Shown: positions 41,156-53,222 of the stretch, piece by piece
How the letters are laid out: every line of letters starts with the position of its first letter
Numbering within the stretch: the first letter of the stretch is position 1
DNA from: Lama glama
Lineage: Eukaryota
Assembly: GCA_028534125.1 (NCBI GenBank)
Contig: CM052822.1
Span: forward strand, 25,792,001 to 25,856,000
Length of the DNA: 64,000 nucleotides
Reading direction: 5' to 3'
The notes under the pieces: generated by a model
The model's database searches: none
What the model saw: the letters and a program-made list of their open reading frames with translations, nothing else
What the model was told of the DNA's origin: nothing
Made by a program: the position numbers and the translations under genes

Positions 41156-41961
41156 TACTGTTTTGCTCTTGGAATCATTAGATCAAAAATCCCTATAGGG
41201 TCAGAGCTATTTTTCTGGAGTGAACTAATAAGCTTGAATATTAAAGTAATCAATTCTGGTCTTCAGTGTTCCCTTCCTACTCTGAATGGCCTTTACTGTT
41301 TCATGGTCATAATTTACAAATATTTACTGAAGTATTTAGAAAATCTTTCCAAAAACAGTGTCAAAGAAAATGCAAATAATGTTATTATTGGAACTTTGTA
41401 GTGATAATTATAGTAATGCTTGTATAAGTCAAGAATTCTAAAGGCTTACATCCCCCTTGTATTGTTTAATGTGTTTGCATAACATTCACGAGGGTAACTA
41501 AATTATAAATTTCCATAACAAGAATAATGCAGGAAAAAATTGGCAGTTTCTACGCCTTTCACCAAATTTTTCTTTGTAATAGGAAATTCCATTTATCTAT
41601 ACATTTTGTTCTCAGCTAGATGGTTAAGAGGAAGTAAGACTAGGTTTAGAAACTGAAGAATTACTCCAGGGCACACTCTTCCACTAACACTGACTCCTAT
41701 TTTGCATCTCTTCCCAAAACCAGTCATTACAATCTTTTGCTGTGGTGACTGGGGAGTACGTGTGTGCAGTCTTATTAACCGCTTTATCATTCCTTCTGAC
41801 TTTTCTATTGCTAGCCTCAGAAAGTAGGTAGCATTCACTCCTTGCCACCCCCAGTTCATCTGTTCATTCATGATTCCAGCCATAGATCCCTTCAAAGATT
41901 TATTTTAGACTACATACTGTGCACGAAGCTCTGTGTTAGTGACTTTGGTGGACAAAACGTC

Positions 41962-42497
41962 TGTGGGAGCCAGACTTGATGGCTACCAATGTCCCTTGCC
42001 TCCTGGTGTTCATGCCCTTTTGTAGTCTCCTCCTGCAGTGAATTGGGGCTTGTCTCTTTGATCCACTGAGTTTGACAGAGGTGACAACATGCCATTTTGA
42101 AGGCTTGTTTTTAAAGGGCATTGTGTCTTCCATCTTGTTTCCTTGGATCTCTTACTCTGGGGAAAATCAGTCACCATGTTGTGAGGACAGTTACCCTGTT
42201 TTGTGGAGAGACCCATGTGGGAAGGGAATGAGGCATCTGCTTGGTACCAGCTTGTCGGCCATGGGGGTGAGCCACCTTGGAAGTGGATCTCTCAGCCCTA
42301 CTGAAGCCTTCAGATCACTGCAGTCCCAGCTGACATCTTACTGCAACCTCACGAGATACTCCAAGCCAGAAACACTCACCCAAGTTACTCCCAAATTCTT
42401 TCCCCACAAAAACTGGGAAAAATAATAAAAATGTCTTGTTGTTTTAAGCCACTAAGTTTTATGGGTAATTTGTTATTCTGCAAAAGATTCTAATACT
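41962..42497 (+). mobile_element. MaLR solo LTR (MLT1E/F-like) inserted into an L2 3' end
   Basis: tgtgggagccagac...cctcctggtgttcatgccc...gccatgggggtgagccaccttggaagtggatc...ccttcagatcactgcagtcccagctgacatc...ttgttttaagccactaagtttt...taatac. Confidence 0.9.
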
Positions 42498-42779
42498 GGT
42501 CCTTGCTGTCATATTGTACTTCCTTCTATAGCAGGGGAGGGTAATGTTTCATCTCAGCCATGTCCCACTGAATAATAGAGAAAGCTCAAATCACAGCTTC
42601 AGCACATAGAGATGAAGTTACAATTTGAAATTTTTGGAATTCAAAACATGCATAGATAATAGTAGTGACCTAGATTTTTATAGCAGTTTGAAATTTACTT
42701 TTGCGGTTTACAAAGTGCTTTCACACAATAAATTATAACCATAGCCCTCTGAAAGTAGTGAGGATTTCAGAAGAGGAGC

Positions 42780-43260
42780 TAGTTACTAAATTTGAATTGA
42801 GTATCTACCATATTCCAGTCCATGAGCTAGGTACTGGGGTCGCAGCAGAGATCAAGTCAGGCAAAATCTCTCTGTTTTCACTGAAGGGGGCAGAAACACT
42901 TAAACGATTACAAGAGTCATGTTTGCTGCCAACGTTCAAGTACTAGTTTCTATGAAAGCATAAAATAGAGGGAAGCCAACGTAATATGAGGATAAAGAAA
43001 GGTTTCTCTGAAAATGCTATAGTTCAGCTGAGACAAGATTGAGGGAGTTTTCTAAGGAAAAAACTGTAGTAGGTAAAGGAGAGGCTAACTATTAGTAAAT
43101 AAAGCTCTGAGTCAAGAGTTGAGTATGCTCTGTTTGAAAAGCTGAAAGAAGTCAGGTATGGGTGAAGCAGGACAAGGAAAGGAACAAATGGTGCCCCATG
43201 GTGCTAGAGAAATAGGCAAGAGACAGCTCTTCATCACCTTAGACCATGTAGTACCACATG
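42780..43260 (-). mobile_element. L2 LINE fragment
   Basis: ttgagtatctaccatattccag...gagctaggtactgggg...aaggtttctctgaa...tgtttgaaaagctgaaagaagtcagg. Confidence 0.65.
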
Positions 43261-45084
43261 CTTGTAAGAGTTAAGGGGAATAAGTTGAAGTGCAAGGTTG
43301 TGCGTGGCTGAACTAAAACTCGCACTCGGGCGTTTTTTCCACTCCTTACATTTTACAGCAGTTACTCTTTATTACAGTATCCTGGACAGACAGAGAGCAA
43401 GCAACCAAATACCTACTTCAAAAGGGAGGAAGGAAACTAAGATTCAGTGAAGGCAAGGAAAGACTTACTTTAAATTATAACTCATCATAGTAGAGCCAGA
43501 ATCTTGGATGTTGGTCTAATGCTCATGGAATTCAGGTTTTATGACTCAAGATTTCAGAATGTAGTTTATTGTATCTGCTTGGTTTCATTTGATCCACATG
43601 ATGGTTCCACCTGATCACTGGAAGCATCTTCAGCGTGTATTGCAGGGGATAGATCATGAGTTGGCTATTAGAAAGCCTGAAGGCTTGTCCAGCTACAGCC
43701 AGCCCTGTCAAATCCCTCGGGGGCTTCTAGAAGGGAGTCAGGCATTAATCAGCATTGAATGTCCATGGTTTCAGAATCTATAGAGAGTGGACACAATGTC
43801 TTTATCTTGAAAAATGACTTACCTATTTGTCATCAGGAGCAGTGAGTGGAGATGGCTGGGAAGAGGCAATGCTACTCCACAGCTGTTTTGGCTGAGAACT
43901 GACAAGTGTAAAATGGGTGTTGGTTGCCAGTTAAGGAGTACAAATTAGGCTGAGTCCCTGTAGCCTGTTTCAGTGGGGAAGGGGGACATGAAGGTATGGA
44001 CTGGGCTTATGCCCTTTCACAGAAAGAAAGAAGGGTTCCCAAACACTCTAGAGAATGGGTATGGCTGAAAGATAGTGCTGATTAAATATGGGGTTTAGAG
44101 GAGACAGTCACAGTCTGCTATTATTAAGAGTTTACACTCTACTGTCTATGACACCTTGAAAGACTGAAGAGAAGAAGAGAAAGAGGGTTTTACATGGGGT
44201 CTTACATTTAACAAACATCATTGATTTATTCCTGGCAGGAAAAGATTAGGGAACCAAGGATTCTTGAATTACTAACTGGAGACTGCTTCCCTAGGCAAGG
44301 AGAAGCTATTACTTTGCTTGGAGATTAGGGGACTGAGAGTAGGAGAGGGGCTGATCCTTGGAAAATTGCAAAGCTGCTGAAGAGACAGCAGCTGAACACA
44401 TTTTCCTTTTATTTTTGAATGTTGCGATGTCTGAAGAAAAAGATATCAGTTATAGTACTGACTGGCAGCGATCCAGCCAAACCTCTGGATAGCTTAGAAT
44501 CCTGGTGATTGGCATTTGAGTGAAGTTCCCTGACATCCAAGCTGAATCTGCTCTATTCATGCAGGCTGACTGGTGTTGGTCTTTTTTTTTTTTTTTTTTC
44601 CTTCTTGTGGGGAGGGAGAAAAGTAGCTGTGCTTGATACTGGGCCCTATTAGGCTTCTCCACAGATCAAATTCCTTCCAGACCATTTAGGGAACCTCTTT
44701 CTTTCAAGCTCCAGCCCTTCTATCAGTGTAATATTTTATGTTCTGTCACTTGGCAGATGGAGTTATTCTTACATTCTTAACATTGCGCTTAGAGTTGGAG
44801 GTGTTTGTTTATTTGTTTGTTTAACTAACCATCAATCCATCCAGTCCTCTGAGGTTTGAAGATTGTATCTTCACCTCTGAGAAATGCCAAACCCTTGAGC
44901 AGGAAAAGGAATTGTGCTCAAGGACCAAATAGGGTTCACCTTTTACCTCTGCAATCATAGAAATTTTTGGTGTAACATCCTTGAATGCTCCGTATTTATT
45001 GAAATTTTCTCTACAGAGGAATTAGGATGAAACAGGAGAAAGCAAAAATTTTGTATTTTTCTTTTCTCATTTCCTTTCTTCTTT

Positions 45085-45625
45085 CCTTTTCATAAATATT
45101 TATTGAAGACATGTATGTATCAAGCACTGGGGGAAACAATGATAAGTGTGGCCTGCTAAAGTCCTCATAGAGCTTAGGGCCTAAAAGGAAACACAGATGT
45201 GAAATATACCATTACAGTCTAGGGTATTAAGAGCCTTACTAGAACATTGCAGGGAGCTGGAGGACAAAGCAGTGACATACAGCTTATTTTGGAGGAAGGT
45301 CAGAAGGGGGTCAAAAAAGACTCACCAGAGAAATGCCTTTTAAACTAAGTAATAGTGAGTCAGGTGAAATGGAGCTGGGCAGAGTGTTCTAGACAGAGAG
45401 AGCAATAAGTTGAAAAGATCCCGAATGGAGAGATGATTGGCTAGTAGTATATATACAAAGGTTTTGAGAGAAGTTCATGCAGGTGGGGTGAAGTTTAGTG
45501 ATCATGGTGTTGGGAGAGGGTGTTACTAAGGGTGGGGATGGAGATGCTGAGAAATGGTTCTGGAGGAATAAGCAGGGCCAATCCATGAAAAGCATGAGAG
45601 TCATGTGTAGGAATCTGTTCAGGCT
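45085..45625 (-). mobile_element. L2 LINE fragment
   Basis: aaatatttattgaagacatgtatgtatcaagcactgggg...cctcatagagcttag...gagtgttctagacagagagagca...gcagggccaatccatga. Confidence 0.75.
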
Positions 45626-45734
45626 GAGGCTAGAAGCTGTACTTACCCACAAGGGCATGAGGAGGACGCCCGCACTGACTTCTATATTGTCTGCCAGTAT
45701 CCAGATTCATTATGACTTCACAGTGGGTACAGAA

Positions 45735-46120
45735 ACCTAGCATTCACAGAGCACTGACTGTATTGCCAGGTATTGTGCCGTGGTTTGTACACTCTGGTAT
45801 CAGAATGTCTGAGTTTGAATTCTGGTGGTGCCATTTATCAGCCGTGTGGCCTTGAACAAGTTACATGACCTCTCCATACCGTGGATTCCTTACCTATATG
45901 TAAAGCTTGGATACTAACAGTACCTGTACCGTATGCTGGTGTAAATTTTAAATGATGTAAGATCAGCATCCAATAGATTCTAAGCATTTAGTACATGTTT
46001 GTACATGTTATTGTAGTTATTATCCCTATTTTACAGATGGAGAGACTGGGCTGCAAAGGGCTTCAGTTGTGTGTTGCACAACAGTAGAACTGGGATTTGC
46101 ATTATCCTGGTGAAGGATGC
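45735..46120. mobile_element. Nested MIRs: a + strand MIR (about 45775-46015) inside a minus-strand MIR
   Basis: cattcacagagcactgactgtattgccaggtattgtg | ctctggtatcagaatgtctgagtttgaattctgg...ccttgaacaagttac... | ttattatccctattttacagatggagagactggg. Confidence 0.7.
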
Positions 46121-46504
46121 TGCACTCCCTTTTTCTGCGAAGGCATTGAACCAAGGAATAGAAGAGCAAGTCTGGGAGGGGTCAGAGCAATAAGTGCAGT
46201 GACAGTGGTTCCCAGACATTTACCAGGTGATCAGGACTTGAGACATGATGGAGGAGGAGGCAGGTAGCCCCATCCCATTCCTTCTTCATCTCTGGTTGGG
46301 ACTCCTCTAGGAGGCGGCAGTGAGGAAGTTATTTCATGCTACATTGCCTGATCACAGAGCTCTCCTGCAGAGATGGAACGAGGTGTTCAAAATCCCAGTT
46401 GCTGATGGCATGCAATCAAAATGGTCTTGGACAGGGAATTTAACACATCTGAGCCTCTCAGTTCCCCTAAACTGTTAATAAGCTAATATGCTGACTTTTC
46501 TTTC

Positions 46505-46735
46505 AGCTATTACTCTGTATCAGGTGCTGCTTTATGTACTTTACATATATTAACTCAATGAATATTCATAACGAGTCTGTGAGGTAGTTATTATTATTAC
46601 CCCCATTTTATATATGATTAAACCGAGGCCCAGAGGGATTAAACAACTTGCTGAAGTTCGTACAGCTGCGAAGTGGAGCCAGGATGTGACCCTAGGCAGT
46701 CGGACTTGAGTCTGTGCTCTTAGCCTCCATACTTA
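46505..46735 (-). mobile_element. MIR SINE
   Basis: tactctgtatcaggtgctg...ctgtgaggtagttattattattacccccatttta...aaaccgaggcccagagggattaaacaacttgc...ggagccaggatgtgaccctaggcagtc. Confidence 0.85.
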
Positions 46736-48777
46736 GATCCTTTTTGGTTGTGAAAATTAGAAGATTACATTGCAGCATCAATAGCATTGTGCCCCAATCA
46801 CTGTTGGAGCTCAGAACAGGATAGATTTCCTTCTTTCCTTACAAACTTTCTTCCTCAGCAGAACAAATTAGTTTTTCCTGATTTAACAAATATGCATTCA
46901 TATTTTTATTATGTGTAAGTTATTACTTTAGGTTTCATAAGAGGATCAAGGATAAATGAGATGTCTTATTAGAAGATCCTGTGGGCCAAATATTCATACA
47001 GAGAGACTGATACACACCCAGAAGTCTAACCCAAAACAAAGTATTAATTTCTTTCATAGAGGGATGAAGTGATAAGGAAATATAATCCATATTTTGGGTT
47101 CTGAAGATTTGTTCAAAATGCATTTGTGACTTATTACATCGCTAACCACTGATTCCAAGTGGAATCTTTGAGATCAGAATGGAGACTGTCCTTAGGGTAT
47201 GAAACTGTCTGTGTCTATCTTTTTAACAACTAGTTCATTTCATGATTCTATTATGGTAAAGGTAGCTCTCTTCAAATTAGTGTTTATCTCAGTGGCCTTT
47301 TCTCATTATTCACAATCTTGTATTTCTTTGTGTTGTGGATCATGATATATTCTCTAGCTCATTTTGGTTTCTTTAGAGTGACTGGATAGAAATTGGTTAG
47401 GTAACCAATACAATCCATGTCTCTTTCTATGTTAGATAACAAAAACAAAAACAAAAACCCCCAAAACTGTCTTAAGGATGTCCGAAGCAAATTAAGTGTT
47501 ATCATTTTGCATTTTGATTGCTGTTCTTTATCAGAGATGTCAGTAGTGTTCAAAGTCTGGAGAATAGGTTTACACAGTGTTTTTATAGATTCCCCCTTCA
47601 TTGGGAAATATCAGTAATTTGTTTTTGCAAAATCATTCTGTTTCTGGTAACATGAGATACTTCATCTGGACTACTTATGCTTCAATAAGCTTCTTTCTTT
47701 TGTGTTTTTAAAATGTAAAGAGATGCATGTCTCTTTAATTGGTTGGTGCCCACCTCTACTTCTGGTGTCAAAATGAGCATGCTTGCTCTGCTCAGGGGTG
47801 AGGAATTCACTTGATTTTGTGTTTCTGCTACAAATAATTCTTCATTAGGGATCTCGAACTGGGGCTTTCATAAAACACAGAATTTCTTCCAAAGTAATTT
47901 AGTTGTTTCAATAAAACTTGATAAGCTCATCCATGGGTAAGCCATAACCAGGGTTTTGATGGCACAGTGAGATTTAGTAGAGGGGGTCTTAGGAACCAGG
48001 AGACCACGCTCCAGTCCATCCACTCTTTCATCTAAGTTTCTCATGTTTAAGAAGCCTTAAATCTTAAATCAGTTTTGTGAATCTGTTTTCATTTTTGTCC
48101 TCAATCTGGCAATGTGATATGCTTTGTCTGGACTGTTTCATATCAAGAAGCTTCTTTTGTGTTTTAAAAATAAAAGGATGAGTATGCATTGCATATGTGG
48201 AGCAATTAGTTGGTATTACTCTCTTAGTTTGGGCAGGGAAGGCAGACTGTCAGCATTGGCAAACTGTTCAGATTCTTTTTCATGCCAACTTGCAATTTGT
48301 GACAGTGCCACGGTTTTATCAGGAGGATTTTATTGAGCTTTGAAAATGACTATTTCTTGACCTAGCTAGGTAGATACTTGCCTGGAGTCATAAAACTGAT
48401 TCTTCTTCAAATATTTTTCCATGAGGATACTTGGTATAATAATTTAGGAAGCTCAGAGTGAAATAGATATTGTCACATTACCAGTAATCATGGAAGGATT
48501 TGGCATATAGAGTTTGCTATAGAGGTAGGGAAATAATGACATAGAAAATCTGAATGGACACACCCTGTTTTAGTTGATGAGATAGGAGTGGAACTAGTTG
48601 ACTAAAATAAAATAAAAATTCAATCCCCAAACAGTGAGGAACTTGAAACATTGAAATTTCTGATCCCAAAACACTGTTTGGGGAACTGTACTTCAGCCCC
48701 AGAGCATGAGAGTAGAAGGGGAGCAAATTGTGGAGGGAGACTGTAGTACATATGGGTTTAAGAACTGAATTCTGCAA

Positions 48778-48880
48778 AATGAACAAGAATATGAAAAGGA
48801 ATATATATATATGAATCACTATGCTGTACACCAGAAATAACATAACATTGTAAATCAACTATACTTCAGTAAAAAAAAAA
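48778..48880 (+). mobile_element. Very short young L1 3' end with poly(A)
   Basis: aagaatatgaaaaggaatatatatatatgaatcactatgctgtacaccagaaataacataacattgtaaatcaactatacttcagtaaaaaaaaaa; reverse complement of the elements at 53079 and 59245. Confidence 0.85.
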
Positions 48881-50099
48881 TTGTGATAAATGTATGAAGC
48901 CTTGTTACTGGATTTTGTGCCTGTGCTGAAGTATCTGTTGTCAAAATGTTAATCTTACCTTTAGCTTTATCTTTTGTTCTTTAACCTTGTCCTAAATTCT
49001 GTATCTTTTCCTTTGTTTTTAACCCATTTGAATTGCATGTATTTATATAAGTTACTTGAAACTCATTTTGGAAACAATAAGTAAATATATAAATTTGTAA
49101 ACAAAAAAAATGATTTCCAATTTCAAAGAGTAGATAATTTAGTTTGGAATTCAGGATTGATTCGTAGAAACTTGATTAATGGAATCTATGTCATATATTC
49201 AGAGCCCAGTTGCTGGAATGCAATAAGGGCTATGATGTGTGAAAGGAAATGAAATCCCTGAGATTGAGATGGTCAGAGGGGATTCCAAGGAAGATAATAA
49301 GCTTTGTTTATTCTTGAAGGGTAGATATAAGTTTGAAAGGTTGAAAGTAATTCATGGAAGACTATGACCACAAATTCCTGCAGTATGAATGACATGTTAA
49401 GGGAATCATGAGTAGATATATATTGAGCAAAAACTTTACATACTTTAAACTAAGTCAGAAATTTATCTTAGAATAAAAGTAATAATTATCAAAACTTTTT
49501 TTTAACCTCTTGCATTCTTGTTGGAGCAATACCAGGGTTTTGGAGGGGTTTGGGTTTTCTCCCTTGCTTATGTGTTCTCACAGAAGCCATTGTGACATGT
49601 TTAGGATAAGACATGTCAATTGATTTAAGCTGAGAATTTTAATTCATAAGACTTTGAAGAAAAAAGTAAAATACTATGTAATAACAAAGCCCTTAGGAAA
49701 AAAGGGTCATTGTTAGCCTGTGAATATTCAGGCAGTTCTCTATGAATATATAAATAGATAAGCAGATAAATAATTGATAGATAATCAGAAATAATTTTAT
49801 AAAATGGGATTATACTGTACATGCTTTAAAAATTCTATTCTTTATTATTTTTAGTGATATATAATTTCAAAATACAATTAAAAATTTACATGTCAGAGAA
49901 TTCAAAATGATACTTCTTTTCCTTGTCTAGTCATATCTCAAGCACCATGTTTCTCATAAACTTTAATATATATATGACTTTCATTTGTGTAGTGGCTGGG
50001 GGAGCCTTCATTTTTAATTTTCTAGGTTTGCCTGTGTAATTCCAATTTTACCCACAATGCTGCATTTATTCAGGTGTGGATTTTTTGAACTGTTAAAAA

Positions 50100-50480
50100 A
50101 TATTGTATTGATTGACACTCTTGATCTCAAGTATCAGGAAAATAACTCGAACTAACTCAGAAAAGAGAGAATTAACTGGAACTAATGGACATCTAATATA
50201 AAGCAAGAAATTACAGGGGAACCTGGGTCTTGGGACAGGAGGAAATGAAGAATTGAATTTCTGTTTCTCTCTGCACGTCAGCCTCCCCTTGCAAAGTAGA
50301 CTGTAATCCACATGGTAGAGAGCATGGTTTCTCAAGGCTGTCAGGTCTCATATCCCACAGCCCTCCAGAGAAGGACTGACTTGCTTCCCTTAGTTCTAGG
50401 TTGAGACCAAGTCTGATTGGTTTGACTTGGGTCAAGTGCCCAGTCAATTTTGAATGGAGTCACCTGGCACATGCGTGGTA
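50100..50480 (-). mobile_element. Old MaLR LTR (MLT1K/L-like)
   Basis: ctcttgatctcaagtatcaggaaaataactcgaactaactcagaaaag...ctgattggtttgacttgggtcaagtgccca. Confidence 0.6.
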
Positions 50481-51509
50481 CTCGGGAGTCTGTTTCTATA
50501 TATCTGGTGTGCTCCAAGATGAACAAGCTGAACAGCCCCTCTCCTCTAATTGGTGTCAAATATATTTATAAAACTACACTTGGCCTAAAGAATAGAGAAA
50601 CAGAGGAGGAGCAGTTAAAATGCTATTTTAAGATCATAGAAGTTCAGAGCATTCTAGCACTTCATTGTTTATAATTGTAGAAATAACGTTTGATAAATGT
50701 ACAATTTATTACATATATGCTATCATCTTTCTCTTTATCCCTTTACATATTAGCATTATATAGAAATTCATGGGGAAAATATCCAGGCTGTTCAGGTTTG
50801 TAATTTAGAATAAAGCGGTGTGTTGTTATCAGTGCAGGAAAAAAGATTCAAAACAAGTTTCTGGTGGAATAAAATTTGTCTGCTTTCATATCTGGATAAC
50901 TGACCTTTAAAAAAATTTTAACTTCTAAAATATTTTTCTTCTGCTCTAGGCTGTGGAAAGAAGAATATAGATAAATAGTCAAAAAGGGAGACTAATATTA
51001 TAGTATAAGATGAGAAAAGATGCCTAAAATAGAATCTGGGAATCAGGGAATTAGAGGTGGAGCTGAACTATCTTTGTTTGGCAGGCCTGACACTTCTATT
51101 GTATTAAGCCACAGGGTGTAAAGTTTAATAGCAGAACTTCTGGAAATTATAATTTTTTTTATGGGTACAGTATTGATTCCTAAAGTGAAGGAGGGAGAAA
51201 ATAGTTATGCTCACCAGTAGCCAGGAGAAGACAGCTGAGGACTGTGTAGGTCGATCAGCCCATGTCCATCAGAGGTGAGGATGACGAGATCAGCTTTGGA
51301 CACTGGACTCCAGAGATAGGAAATGGCAGCATGGGCCACATAAACAGGACAGGTCAATGAGTCAGAAGAAGGAAAAGATGATGAACTGACAAGAAGTTGG
51401 TGAATAAGTATTAAATTTTGAACCAAGTATGAAACTGAGGCTGACTGATGGCTGTTAAAGAATATGTTCATGGAAATGACAAATATATTGGATGGTGGGA
51501 CTAGTGTTC

Positions 51510-51705
51510 CAGCTGTAACCTGTCCAATAAGTAGCCACTAGCCACAAGTGTCTATTGAACTTTCTTAAAATTAAGTAAGATAAATATTCAGTTCCTGTTC
51601 CACTAGCCACATTTCAAGTGGCCAATAGCATGGGCTAGAGGCTACTGTGTCGAATAGTGCAGCTATGGAACATTGCCATCATAGCAGAAAGTTCTATTGG
51701 AAAGT
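51510..51705 (-). mobile_element. MER3 hAT-Charlie MITE
   Basis: ttcagttcctgttccactagccacatttcaagtggccaatagc...gctagaggctactgt...gaacattgccatcatagcagaaagttctattgga. Confidence 0.85.
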
Positions 51706-52789
51706 TCTGAGAGGTTCTGACAGTGGCAGTGAACCTGAAGGCTTGACTCAACATTATGGTTTCATTTTTCTTTTCATAGTTGGAGATTGACTATGTTGAG
51801 AATCTGCTTGGGTCCTAACATTTTAGGGCTACTGAAACTTGGTATCTAGCATCATTAGAGAAAAATGCTGATGTGGGTTTAGATAGGTTACTCTGCATCC
51901 AGAGTCCTCCACTTCTTCCTGAAAGAATCTATGACCCTCTGAGGGCCACCAGGCAAAGACTTGTGTTAGTTATGGTTAGCCAAACTCTAGAGCAAGTCCC
52001 CCTGCTGCTAGTCAAGGCTGCGCCTAAGCCTTACAAGACAATTGAATAGCCAAAATGTTTTCAGATGTTGCCTCATTTCCCAACAGAAATTCTTCCCATG
52101 TCTGGGATTTAGTGGCAAAATCAGATCCTTCCCTTATATCAGGAAGACATCTCTTTCTGTAGACGGACAGCTCCTGCCCTATTCCAATAATGCAGTAGTT
52201 TAAGATTCTGAAACTAAAGTCACATTTCTTGCAAAAACTTAATGTGTTCATTGGGGATAAAAAGATGCTAAAAAGTGGACTCTACATTTTACCTTTTGGA
52301 AATATTGATTCTTTTAACTTGGTGTATTTATTTTAGCTTAGATCTTCCTGAGATCAATGATTTTCCTAGGGATATAAACCTCTTTTCACAGTAATTGACT
52401 CCAATTTTGTTGAATTGATGAAGAATTTGGATTTGTGTATTTATTTTGGTTTTTGCTAGATTTTGCTGGTTTTTTTTTTTAAGGGTGTTGAGGAAGAATG
52501 TCAAAGCACCTCATGGAAGCTCATTCTCTCACTGCCTGAACTGTTCCTATTTTTAACTCAACTTTTTTTTTTAATTGCAGCAGCTTTCTGAGGCTATTAG
52601 GCTACTATTCAATTAGGTATTGCTTCTGTACACAATGGCACCCCAAGAGCTTTAAAGTGCTCATGCAGTTTCAGAAATGTTTAATTTGCTGCCAGGGAAC
52701 AGCTTAGTTCAGAATAGCATGAGGAAAGCAGAAAGGAGAGAACAGGATAGTATTTCTCATATGTAAGGGAACTAAGGAAAGATAGTAAG

Positions 52790-53020
52790 AAAAATGAAAG
52801 ATAACATTTGTTGAACTTTTATCATGAGATAAGAATTGTGTTTTATCTTCATGTGTTTTATTTGACCTTCTCAAGAATGACTTGAGGGAAGTAATATTAT
52901 TATTCCTGTTTTCTAATGAGGAAACTGGGATTTGAAGAGAGAGTAATTTTCCTAATGAAACAGAAAGAGTAAATGGTCACATTAGGATTTGTACTCAAAC
53001 TGTTTGATTCTAGATACAAC
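52790..53020 (-). mobile_element. MIR SINE
   Basis: gataacatttgttgaac...tattattattcctgttttctaatgaggaaactggg...ggatttgtactcaaactgtttgattctaga. Confidence 0.7.
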
Positions 53021-53222
53021 CTTTTGTGTGTGTGTCACTGGCTTCTTTTATTTTATTTTATTATTATTTTGAAGTGTCTTTTTTTTATTGAAGTACAGTC
53101 AGTTTACAATGTTGTGTCAATTTCTGGCATACAGCATAATGTTTCAGTCATACAAATACATACATATATTCATTTTCATATTCTTTTCCATTATAGATTA
53201 CTATAAGATACTGCATTATATT